Shown: positions 8,490 to 16,235 of the stretch, in pieces
Position numbering within the stretch: the stretch's first letter is position 1
Layout: every line of letters begins with the position of its first letter
Source: an uncultured Erysipelotrichaceae bacterium
Lineage (GTDB): Bacteria; Bacillota_I; Bacilli_A; Erysipelotrichales; Erysipelotrichaceae
Assembly: GCA_964401865.1 (NCBI GenBank)
Contig: CAYNZZ010000018.1
Coordinates: 1-22,142, forward strand
Direction of reading: 5' to 3'
Length of the DNA stretch: 22,142 bases
Notes under the pieces: model-generated
What the model saw: the letters and a program-made list of their open reading frames with translations, nothing else
The model's database searches: none
What the model was told of the DNA's origin: nothing
Translations under genes and position numbers: made by a program

Positions 8490-9838
8490 TGAAAAGACTT
8501 AGAATTTGGCTTAAAGGTTTAAACCTTATCCAGCAGTTTCTTACGGTATGCTTCTTGGTTGTGACAAGTTTTATGGTTATCTTTTATACCTTTATCTACA
8601 ACAATCTTGATACATTCGTAAATCAACAGATATATAATTATTTACACCGTGCACAGTCTGATTATATGCGCGGCTTTGCTGATGAGAATGTGGTATATCT
8701 CATTTATTCCAATAAATTAGAGCGTTATTTAAGTGATGTTGATGCTTCGGGTGTTGATGAAGATATAATAGCGATAATTGAAGAAGACTTTGAAGGAGAA
8801 TTGAAGGACGATACTTTTGATTATCAAGGCAGGAGTGTTGTATATTCTGTTCAAAAATATAATCGTAACAATATTTACGATGATAATGGCGAATATTCTT
8901 TAGTGGCAATAATAAGAAATTCATATCGTACTGAGTTTAGAGCTGCTTTGATGAATGGGGTTATTAACTCTTTGGTCATTATTTTAATGATTTTATTCAT
9001 GATTTTTATGTTGTGGGTATTATCGCTCATTACACCACTGAATTCAATAAGGAATTACATTACTAGATTAAAACGTGGTGAAAAGCCTATTTTGAATATT
9101 AAACGCCGTGATGAGATAGGCGAAGTTGCTGAAGCACTGGTTGAGATGCAGGAAGAATTGGATCATCAAGATGCTATTAGACAAGAGATGATTCAAAATA
9201 TTTCACACGATTTAAAAACACCTATCGCAACAATAAAGTCTTATTCCGAGAGTATAAAAGATGGAATTTATCCATACGACAATCTTGAAAAAAGTGTTGA
9301 TGTCATTATCGAACACGCCGATCGATTAGAGAAAAAAGTATATAGTCTTATTACTTACAATAAGATGAACTATCTAATGGATAGTGCTCCAGAAGGAGAT
9401 ACTTTGCCAATGATTTCTGTTATTCAAAAAGCTATTTTGGCTTGTAAAGTTTTAAGAAGCGACATAACAATCAAAACCGATTTAGATGATGTAAGTTTCC
9501 ACGGTGATGAAGAACCTTGGCGTATTGTGGTAGAAAATCTACTGGATAATGCTCTAAGATATGCTAGAAGTATCGTAAAAATCAATTTAAAAGATAATCT
9601 TTTAGAGATATATAATGATGGCGATTTGATGCCCGAAGATCAAATAGATAAATTATTTAAACCGTATGAAAAAGGCAATAAAGGGAATTTTGGCTTAGGA
9701 TTATCAATTGTTAAGCGAGTTTGCGATACTTATGGATATATAGTTATGGGTGAAAATATGAATGATGGTGTCGTGTTTAGAATTGTGAAGACGGGTAAGA
9801 GGTATCATAAAGTAATTGCTAAATCAAATGGGAAATAA
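8489..9838 (+). CDS. Sensor histidine kinase (two TM helices, ~120-aa extracytoplasmic loop, HAMP, HisKA, HATPase_c)
   Basis: H-box SHDLKTPIATI, N-box LLDNALRYA, G2-box FGLGLSIVK. TM helices at about aa 17-37 and 158-180. Its start overlaps the response-regulator stop by 1 nt (TAATG). Confidence 0.9.
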   Translation: MKRLRIWLKGLNLIQQFLTVCFLVVTSFMVIFYTFIYNNLDTFVNQQIYNYLHRAQSDYMRGFADENVVYLIYSNKLERYLSDVDASGVDEDIIAIIEEDFEGELKDDTFDYQGRSVVYSVQKYNRNNIYDDNGEYSLVAIIRNSYRTEFRAALMNGVINSLVIILMILFMIFMLWVLSLITPLNSIRNYITRLKRGEKPILNIKRRDEIGEVAEALVEMQEELDHQDAIRQEMIQNISHDLKTPIATIKSYSESIKDGIYPYDNLEKSVDVIIEHADRLEKKVYSLITYNKMNYLMDSAPEGDTLPMISVIQKAILACKVLRSDITIKTDLDDVSFHGDEEPWRIVVENLLDNALRYARSIVKINLKDNLLEIYNDGDLMPEDQIDKLFKPYEKGNKGNFGLGLSIVKRVCDTYGYIVMGENMNDGVVFRIVKTGKRYHKVIAKSNGK

Positions 9839-9852
9839 TATATAATAGGGGC

Positions 9853-10611
9853 ATGAGTTATAAGATTATTAATGATATAAAGGTGTATTTTGAACAAAAG
9901 GGAGACATGGGCAAAGATGTTATTTTGTTGCATGGATGGGGTCAAAATACTATTATGATGGATAATATCGCTGAATTTTTAAAGGAACATTTTAGAGTCT
10001 ATAATATTGATCTTCCGGGTTTTGGCAGAAGCGAAGAGCCTAAAGTGCCATATTCAGTTGAGGATTATTGCGAGTTAGTTAGAAAATTTGTAGTTGAAGA
10101 AAAAATAGATGAGCCAATCATAATTGCTCATTCTTTTGGTTGTCGTATAGCTTTGCACTATGCTTATAAGTATCCGGTTAGAAGAATGGCCTTAACTGGT
10201 GCTGCTGGTGTTAGAGACAAAAGAGGATTTAAATATTATTTTAAAACATATACATATAAACTTGGAAAAAAGATATTATCATTTCCTCTTTTAAAATCAT
10301 ATAAAGAAAAATGGCAGAACAAAGTTGGCAGTGAAGACTATAAAAATGCTAGTGGTGTTATGCGTGCTACTTTGGTGAAGGTAGTTAATGACGATGTTTC
10401 TTCGCTTTTGAAAGATATTGATGTTGAAACATTGCTGGTGTTTGGCGAAAAAGATGAAGCTACACCTTTAAGCAAGGGTAAGTATATGGAAAAACAAATG
10501 CCTGATGCGACTTTAATTGTCTTTGGTGGCGATGATCACTATGCTTATTTTCATCAGGCTGATCGTTTTAACAGAGTGTTGGATGCGTTTTTGAGGAGAG
10601 ATTATGATTAA
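9853..10611 (+). CDS. Alpha/beta-fold hydrolase (serine hydrolase, substrate unknown)
   Basis: 252 aa. Oxyanion region VILLHGWG, nucleophile elbow AHSFG, candidate acid GEKDEA and His in GGDDHYAYFH. The 3' end overlaps the next gene by 8 nt. Confidence 0.85.
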   Translation: MSYKIINDIKVYFEQKGDMGKDVILLHGWGQNTIMMDNIAEFLKEHFRVYNIDLPGFGRSEEPKVPYSVEDYCELVRKFVVEEKIDEPIIIAHSFGCRIALHYAYKYPVRRMALTGAAGVRDKRGFKYYFKTYTYKLGKKILSFPLLKSYKEKWQNKVGSEDYKNASGVMRATLVKVVNDDVSSLLKDIDVETLLVFGEKDEATPLSKGKYMEKQMPDATLIVFGGDDHYAYFHQADRFNRVLDAFLRRDYD

Positions 10612-12163
10612 TTACTTTTATATATTTTGTTTATTGATGCTTTCGTTACCATACATTAAAAATGCCATGCACATGTTCCAGCAAAACCGCTATGAGTTTT
10701 ATCGTTATACAAAATGGCTATTTTCTTTTAAAAATATTCATTTTAGTGTAAGTATTATTTTTGTATTGGCGATGTTAGTGATAGGTTTTTTTGATTTTGA
10801 CTATGCGAAGACGATTATTTCAATTGCCTGCTTGATATTTGGTATTTATCTTTTATATCTTGACACCAAAAAAGAATACATAAAACCATTAGTCTTTACT
10901 CAAAGAGTAAAGCGTACGATGTTTGTATATTTGATTTTAGAATTGGTATTAATTAATCTATTATACTATCATCTTTCTTATCATATTGTGGCAATCGTCT
11001 GCGTGTTTATGCCGTATTTATCAATATATCTAGCTTTTGTGTTAATGATGCCGGTTGAAAAGGCAATTAAGAATCATTACATCAATGAGGCAAGGAATAT
11101 TTTAAATGATATGAGTGATTTAAAAACCATTGGAATAACTGGTAGTTTTGGCAAGACTTCGGTTAAGAATATCGTTCATGATATTATGAACGAATCTTTT
11201 TATACTTTAATGACACCCGCTTCATACAATACACCGATGGGTATAACAATTACTGTTAGAGAGTATCTGAAACCAATTCACGAAGTATTTGTCTGTGAGA
11301 TGGGTGCTGACCATGTGGGCGAAATTACTTATCTGATGAATTTTGTCAAACCAAAATATGGGGTTGTTACATCCATTGGCCCTCAACATTTAAACACATT
11401 TCATAACATAGAAAACATCATCAATGAGAAGATGCAAGCGATTGAACTACTTCCGAGTGATGGTGTGGGTATTTTGAATGTCGATAATGAATATATTGCC
11501 AATTATAAAGTAAAAAATAATTGCCGATTGATAAAGGTTGCTATTCATAATACTAAGGGTGCAGACTATGTGGCAAAAGACATCGCCTATAATAAAAGAG
11601 GTTCATCTTTTGTGATTGAAAAGGATGACAAAGAATATCACTATGAAACAATATTATTAGGCGAACATAATGTAATGAATATTTTAATCGCTGTGGCAAT
11701 TGCTCATGAAATGGGTGTATCAATGGAAAAGACAGTGTCTGCCGTTAGAAACGTCAAACAGGTTGAACACCGTTTGGAAATCAAAAATATTAATGGATAT
11801 ACCTTTATTGATAATGCCTTTAATTCTAACCCGGTATCTTCAAAACACTCTCTTGATGTGCTTAAAAATATGGAAGGTATGCGTGTTATCATAACACCCG
11901 GTCTAATTGATTTAGGGAAAGACGAGTTTGCGTATAATAAAGAGTTTGGTAAATATATGCTAAATCGTTGTGATGTAGTTTTATTGGTTGGCCCCAAACA
12001 AACTGAAGCAATTAGATTAGGATTAGAAGAGGTTGGTTTTAATAATAATGATGTACACACCTTTGACAGTGTGAAAGAAGCGTTTAACTATGTTTATACT
12101 AATCTTCCTAAGAACGCTACGGTGCTTTTAGAGAACGATTTGCCTGATGCATTCTCGAAGTAG
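10604..12163 (+). CDS. murF: MurF-like Mur ligase (UDP-MurNAc-tripeptide--D-Ala-D-Ala ligase family) with an N-terminal polytopic membrane domain
   Basis: P-loop GITGSFGKTS at aa 177-186; central-domain CEMGADHVGEI and GPQHL; C-terminal-domain HRLE...FIDNAFNSNPVSS and TPGLIDLG resemble MurF. Residues 1-150 are 4-5 hydrophobic helices in place of the usual soluble N-terminal domain. ddl lies immediately downstream. Confidence 0.75.
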   Translation: MINYFYIFCLLMLSLPYIKNAMHMFQQNRYEFYRYTKWLFSFKNIHFSVSIIFVLAMLVIGFFDFDYAKTIISIACLIFGIYLLYLDTKKEYIKPLVFTQRVKRTMFVYLILELVLINLLYYHLSYHIVAIVCVFMPYLSIYLAFVLMMPVEKAIKNHYINEARNILNDMSDLKTIGITGSFGKTSVKNIVHDIMNESFYTLMTPASYNTPMGITITVREYLKPIHEVFVCEMGADHVGEITYLMNFVKPKYGVVTSIGPQHLNTFHNIENIINEKMQAIELLPSDGVGILNVDNEYIANYKVKNNCRLIKVAIHNTKGADYVAKDIAYNKRGSSFVIEKDDKEYHYETILLGEHNVMNILIAVAIAHEMGVSMEKTVSAVRNVKQVEHRLEIKNINGYTFIDNAFNSNPVSSKHSLDVLKNMEGMRVIITPGLIDLGKDEFAYNKEFGKYMLNRCDVVLLVGPKQTEAIRLGLEEVGFNNNDVHTFDSVKEAFNYVYTNLPKNATVLLENDLPDAFSK

Positions 12164-12192
12164 TTTTGATATAATCGTTTAGAGGTGATTTA

Positions 12193-13377
12193 ATGAAATT
12201 AAATGTTGCGGTTTTCTTTGGCGGTGAATCTTGTGAACATGAAATAAGTTGTATAAGTGCTAACCAAGTATTACACGCATTAGATCAAGATAAATATGAG
12301 ATAATCCCAGTTTATATTGCTAAAAATATGGACTTATATGTTGGCGATGAACTATGGGATTTGTCTAATTATTATGATTTGAATAAAATGTGCCAAGGAT
12401 TAAAAAAAGTCAGTTTGGTCAAAGACAATAATAAGGTTTACATTAAACCAGTTAAGACATCTTTATTGCAAAAGAATTATCCTAGTGTTGATGTAGCTTT
12501 TTTGGTAATGCATGGAACAAATGGCGAAGACGGTACTCTTCAAGGCTACATGGAAATGCTCAAGCTGCCATATACTTCTAGTAATATTTTAGGTAGTGCT
12601 ATCGGTCAAGATAAAGCGATCATGAAAATCGTTTTGCAATCACAAAATATACCGACAGTACCATGGTTTTATTTCTTGTATAGTGATTTTGAAAAAGATA
12701 ATGAATTATATATTAATAAGGCTGATGAAATTGGTTATCCGCTAATCATTAAGCCTGCTAATTTAGGCTCTAGTATTGGTATCGAAATAGTTCATAGCAA
12801 AGAAGAATTTGTTGATAAAGTTCGTGAAGCCAGCAAATATGACTTTAAACTAGTTGTAGAGCAAATGGTTAAAGACTTAAAAGAGGTGAATATCTCGGTT
12901 ATGGGCGATCTAAATGATGCTAAACTAAGTGCTATTGAAGAAGTGCTAAAAGGCGATGAGATACTAAGTTTTGAAAATAAGTATTCCGGTGGCGGTAAGG
13001 GCACAAAAACCAAAGGAGCTACCAAAACAAAAGGTTCAAAGGGTATGGCTTCGACTAGTAGAAGAGTACCAGCTCTAATTGACAAAAATCAAGAAGATGA
13101 AGTTAGACATTTAGCACTTGAAACATTTAAAGTATTAAATGCTAGCGGATGCGTCAGAATAGATTTTATGATTGATAATGCTGATGGAAAGGTATATGTC
13201 AATGAAATTAATTCAATACCGGGATCGCTTGCTTTCTATTTGTGGCAAGAAGAAGGAATTAATTTTAGTGATGAATGTGATGAATTAATTAAAAATGCAC
13301 TAAAGAGGTACCATGAAAAAGAGAGAAAGACTTTCTCTTTTGATACAAATATATTGAGTTCATTTAGGAGGAAATAG
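12193..13377 (+). CDS. ddl: D-alanine--D-alanine ligase (ATP-grasp) carrying a Lys/Gly/Thr-rich insertion after the omega-loop
   Basis: 394 aa. FFGGESCEHEIS, HGTNGEDGTLQG, KPANLGSSIGI, FENKY (Lys-Tyr retained) and RIDFM...VNEINSIPG all match Ddl signatures by eye. SD AGAGGTGA. Confidence 0.92.
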   Translation: MKLNVAVFFGGESCEHEISCISANQVLHALDQDKYEIIPVYIAKNMDLYVGDELWDLSNYYDLNKMCQGLKKVSLVKDNNKVYIKPVKTSLLQKNYPSVDVAFLVMHGTNGEDGTLQGYMEMLKLPYTSSNILGSAIGQDKAIMKIVLQSQNIPTVPWFYFLYSDFEKDNELYINKADEIGYPLIIKPANLGSSIGIEIVHSKEEFVDKVREASKYDFKLVVEQMVKDLKEVNISVMGDLNDAKLSAIEEVLKGDEILSFENKYSGGGKGTKTKGATKTKGSKGMASTSRRVPALIDKNQEDEVRHLALETFKVLNASGCVRIDFMIDNADGKVYVNEINSIPGSLAFYLWQEEGINFSDECDELIKNALKRYHEKERKTFSFDTNILSSFRRK

Positions 13378-13378
13378 T

Positions 13379-14104
13379 ATGTCAACACCACACAATCAAG
13401 CTAGTATAGGCGAAATAGCTAAAACTGTATTGATGCCCGGAGATCCATTAAGAGCTAAATTTATTGCTGAAACTTTTTTAGAAAATCCGGTTCAATTTAA
13501 TTCAACGAGAAATATGTTTGGTTATACAGGAACATACAAAGGTAAAAAGGTTTCAGTCATGGGTTCCGGTATGGGTATGCCGAGTATTGGAATTTATTCT
13601 TATGAGTTGTTTTCTCAATATGGAGTTGAAAATATTATTCGTATTGGTTCAGCTGGCGCATATAGTGATGAAGTAAATATTTATGATGTTGTGATGGCTA
13701 CAAAAGCATTTAGTGAATCATCTTTTGCGAAAACTCAAAATGGATATGCAGATGAATATACATATCCAAGTGAAGTATTAAATAGTAAATTGAGAAGAGC
13801 GGCTGAAAAATTAGACATTCCTTTACATGAAGGTTGTATCCATTCTTCGGATGTTTTCTATCGTGAAAAAGAAGATAGAACCGATGGAAGAACTTATATT
13901 GATGATTTATTGGATAGAGGATGTTTGGCGGTTGAAATGGAAAGCTTTGCCCTTTTCCATAATGCGAAAGTATTAGGTAAAAACGCTGCATGTTTAGTTA
14001 CTATTTCTGATTCCTTCGTAACTAATGAAATCACTACTGCCGAAGAAAGACAGAACAGTTTTACCAATATGATGAAAATAGCTTTGGAGTCGATTGAAGA
14101 ATAA
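13379..14104 (+). CDS. deoD: Purine nucleoside phosphorylase, DeoD type
   Basis: 241 aa. The N-terminus MSTPHNQASIGEIAKTVLMPGDPLRAKFIAETFLE and GYTGTYKGKKVSVMGSGMG are near-colinear with E. coli DeoD as I remember it. It starts 1 nt after the ddl stop, with SD AGGAGG. Confidence 0.93.
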   Translation: MSTPHNQASIGEIAKTVLMPGDPLRAKFIAETFLENPVQFNSTRNMFGYTGTYKGKKVSVMGSGMGMPSIGIYSYELFSQYGVENIIRIGSAGAYSDEVNIYDVVMATKAFSESSFAKTQNGYADEYTYPSEVLNSKLRRAAEKLDIPLHEGCIHSSDVFYREKEDRTDGRTYIDDLLDRGCLAVEMESFALFHNAKVLGKNAACLVTISDSFVTNEITTAEERQNSFTNMMKIALESIEE

Positions 14105-14105
14105 T

Positions 14106-14210
14106 ATGAATAGTAGTCGCTTGTTTGCTCGTCGATTGATTGTGCTTGTTTTGGTTGCGTTTATGATGTTGATGACTTTTCTTCCTTATTTAGTGCAATT
14201 GATGAAATAA
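14106..14210 (+). CDS. Unannotated 34-codon ORF encoding a hydrophobic single-pass peptide (MNSSRLFARRLIVLVLVAFMMLMTFLPYLVQLMK)
   Basis: The ATG lies 1 nt after the deoD stop and the TAA lies 3 nt before the vanY-like ATG, which itself lacks a good SD. The peptide has a basic N-terminus followed by a ~20-residue hydrophobic core. It has no clear SD of its own and falls below the ORF-track length cut-off. Confidence 0.4.
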   Translation: MNSSRLFARRLIVLVLVAFMMLMTFLPYLVQLMK

Positions 14211-14213
14211 GAT

Positions 14214-15209
14214 ATGAAAAAAATATTATTAGTTTTAGTTTTGTTGTTAGGTTTGACAGCTTGCTTTAAAGACCCTTTGGAAAAAATAGGTTACAGTAAA
14301 GATGATGTAACATTGATAAAATCGTTGGATCCTGCTGTTCAGGAACTGTTTAAGACAGAATATAACGAAAGATATCTCGATATTATTAAAAATGATAATT
14401 TTAACGTCAAGAAAGCAGAACTATATTTTGAAGCGATTGATTTGTTTGACATAAATGATTTAATTGAATATGTCAATGCCGGATATAACCTTGAACAATT
14501 GAAAAAAATATATGCATTAAGTCAAGAAAAATATTTTGTTAAAGATGATTTGGCTGAGTATTTAAGCAATTACATGGGGAATGCGGAAGATACTGTTGAG
14601 TATGTGAACCGTCAAAAGTTTAATAATAAGCCATATGTCGATGTCAAGGAATCAGATGATTCAAAGGGAATATTGATTCTTGTGAACAAAAATAATTATT
14701 TGAGTAGTGATTATGTTCCTGAAAATTTAGTTGAAATCGAAAGTAAATATGGCATCAGAGCTAAATTAAAATCAGAAGCATACGAAGCTTATAAAAAAAT
14801 GAGCGACGCTGCTGAAGAAGATGAAATGTCATTTTACATTACTTCTCCATATCGACCATATTCAAGCCAGGAAAGAATATATAATTCCTATCTCAATTCA
14901 TATACCCAAAAGGAAGTTGATACTTTTAGTGCGCGACCTGGCTATTCAGAACATCAAACTGGTTTGGCAGTTGATATTTTAACTAGAAATTCTAATTTTG
15001 GGAATTTTGAATATACAAAAGAGGCTAAATGGTTATTGGATAATGCGCATAAATATGGTTTTATTTTACGATATCCGAAAGATAAAGAAGATATCACAGG
15101 TTATACATATGAGCCTTGGCATTATCGATATGTTGGCGATATTGCTGAAGACGTATATAATAGTGGTTTAACTTATGATGAGTATTACTATTATTATATT
15201 GAACATTAG
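14214..15209 (+). CDS. VanY-type D-alanyl-D-alanine carboxypeptidase (peptidase M15B) lipoprotein
   Basis: Signal peptide with lipobox LGLTAC. Zn-ligand/catalytic motifs SPYRPYSSQ, SEHQTGLAVD (Hx6D) and EPWHYRYVG (ExxH). Confidence 0.88.
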   Translation: MKKILLVLVLLLGLTACFKDPLEKIGYSKDDVTLIKSLDPAVQELFKTEYNERYLDIIKNDNFNVKKAELYFEAIDLFDINDLIEYVNAGYNLEQLKKIYALSQEKYFVKDDLAEYLSNYMGNAEDTVEYVNRQKFNNKPYVDVKESDDSKGILILVNKNNYLSSDYVPENLVEIESKYGIRAKLKSEAYEAYKKMSDAAEEDEMSFYITSPYRPYSSQERIYNSYLNSYTQKEVDTFSARPGYSEHQTGLAVDILTRNSNFGNFEYTKEAKWLLDNAHKYGFILRYPKDKEDITGYTYEPWHYRYVGDIAEDVYNSGLTYDEYYYYYIEH

Positions 15210-15225
15210 GGGAAAATAGGTTGGA

Positions 15226-15993
15226 ATGCAAAAGAAAAAATATCTAGTTCTTGTATTATCGTTGTTGTTAGTGATGCTATCAGCAGTTTTATATTATCTA
15301 GTTAATAATTTACAACCATCGTTTGAAAATACTGCAACAATTTCTGACAATACTAACGATATAGTGGTAGATAAGAATATTCATTATGATGATTATCATA
15401 GCAAAAATGAAGACTATATAGCTTATTTGAAATTTGAAAATGGTTTGCTAGAATATCCGGTTTTTCAAGGTGATTCAAATGATGCATATATAGTTACAAA
15501 TTGGGAAAATATGGAATACGACATTGAGGGTTCTATCTTTATGGATTACCGAAATAAATTCGATGGTAATGATAGAGATCAGAATTTAATTATATACGGC
15601 CATTATGTTTATGCTGATGAAGAAGCTAAATTTGGACCCTTACATGATCTTAAAGATGTAGAAAACTATGAAAAGAATAAGTATCTCACTTTAGAATTTA
15701 AAGATGAATTAAGGAGATATGAGGTTGCTTATGCATATTATTGTATTTTAGTTGATGATGGGAATGGTGAATATTTATACACTGTTGATGATATGCAATT
15801 CAATATGACTAATTATGATGATGATTATTTTGATATTTATATGAAGACTGTAAACGATAATAAATTTTACAGTACAGGTGTGGATATTAGCTATGATGAC
15901 AAAATGTTGACATTGCAGACCTGTGTAAAAGATCATCCTGAATTAAGGCTAATTGTAATTGCCAAAGAAATAGAAATTAAAGAATTGAATTAA
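15226..15993 (+). CDS. srtB: Class B sortase
   Basis: 255 aa with an N-terminal membrane anchor. YPVFQG, GSIFMDYRN, IIYGH (catalytic His), TLQTC (catalytic Cys) and RLIVIAKE are colinear with S. aureus SrtB as I recall it. Confidence 0.88.
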   Translation: MQKKKYLVLVLSLLLVMLSAVLYYLVNNLQPSFENTATISDNTNDIVVDKNIHYDDYHSKNEDYIAYLKFENGLLEYPVFQGDSNDAYIVTNWENMEYDIEGSIFMDYRNKFDGNDRDQNLIIYGHYVYADEEAKFGPLHDLKDVENYEKNKYLTLEFKDELRRYEVAYAYYCILVDDGNGEYLYTVDDMQFNMTNYDDDYFDIYMKTVNDNKFYSTGVDISYDDKMLTLQTCVKDHPELRLIVIAKEIEIKELN

Positions 15994-16007
15994 TTTTTGA
16001 TATTAAA

Positions 16008-16055
16008 TAGAGTTTTTACCAGTCTAAACTTGTGGATTGTGTAAATGCTCTTTTT
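16008..16055 (+). terminator. Imperfect stem-loop plus T5 run, possible terminator of the 7836-15993 block
   Basis: AGAGTTTTTA (16008-16017) pairs with TAAATGCTCT (16041-16050), with one mismatch and one G-U pair, around a ~23-nt loop. It is followed by TTTTT at 16051-16055. Confidence 0.4.
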
Positions 16056-16159
16056 TATTGAGAAAGCTATTTAGCGATACTGGTACATTTAAGCTTCATT
16101 GCGCTTAAGATTATATTATGAAAAAATTTACATAAAAAATGAAATTATTTTAATAATTT

Positions 16160-16188
16160 TTGAAAATTATATTGAGAACTTTTACAAT
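16160..16188 (+). promoter_or_regulatory. Candidate sigma-A promoter of the liv operon
   Basis: TTGAAA (16160-16165), a 17-nt spacer, then TACAAT (16183-16188). It lies about 45 nt upstream of the SD AGGGAG and the ATG at 16236. Confidence 0.55.
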
Positions 16189-16235
16189 TCGTATTAAACT
16201 AGAAACATATTTATTGAAAATAAGGGAGAGCTAAA

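Noticed and set aside
12193-13377. The ligase could be a VanA/VanB-type D-Ala-D-Lac or VanC-type D-Ala-D-Ser resistance ligase, given the nearby regulator pair and VanY-like gene.
   Set aside because: The omega-loop retains Lys-Tyr (FENKY), aligned by eye to DdlB Lys215-Tyr216, the hallmark of D-Ala-D-Ala ligases. No VanH-like dehydrogenase, VanX dipeptidase or VanT racemase is present in the window.
15226-15993. I searched the window for a sortase B substrate (a C-terminal NPQTN/NPKTG/SPxTG-type motif followed by a hydrophobic segment and a basic tail) that would make a srtB-substrate locus.
   Set aside because: None of the translated ORFs ends with a cell-wall sorting signal. The sortase is an orphan within this window, and any substrate must be encoded elsewhere.
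16118-16153. Two mini-ORFs (MKKFT* at 16118-16135 and MKLF* at 16139-16153) lie upstream of livJ and could be leader peptides for BCAA-dependent attenuation. I also looked for a T-box.
   Set aside because: They contain no run of Ile/Leu/Val codons and have no SD. They lie upstream of or across the predicted promoter rather than in its transcript. No T-box conserved sequence, specifier loop or antiterminator could be recognised.
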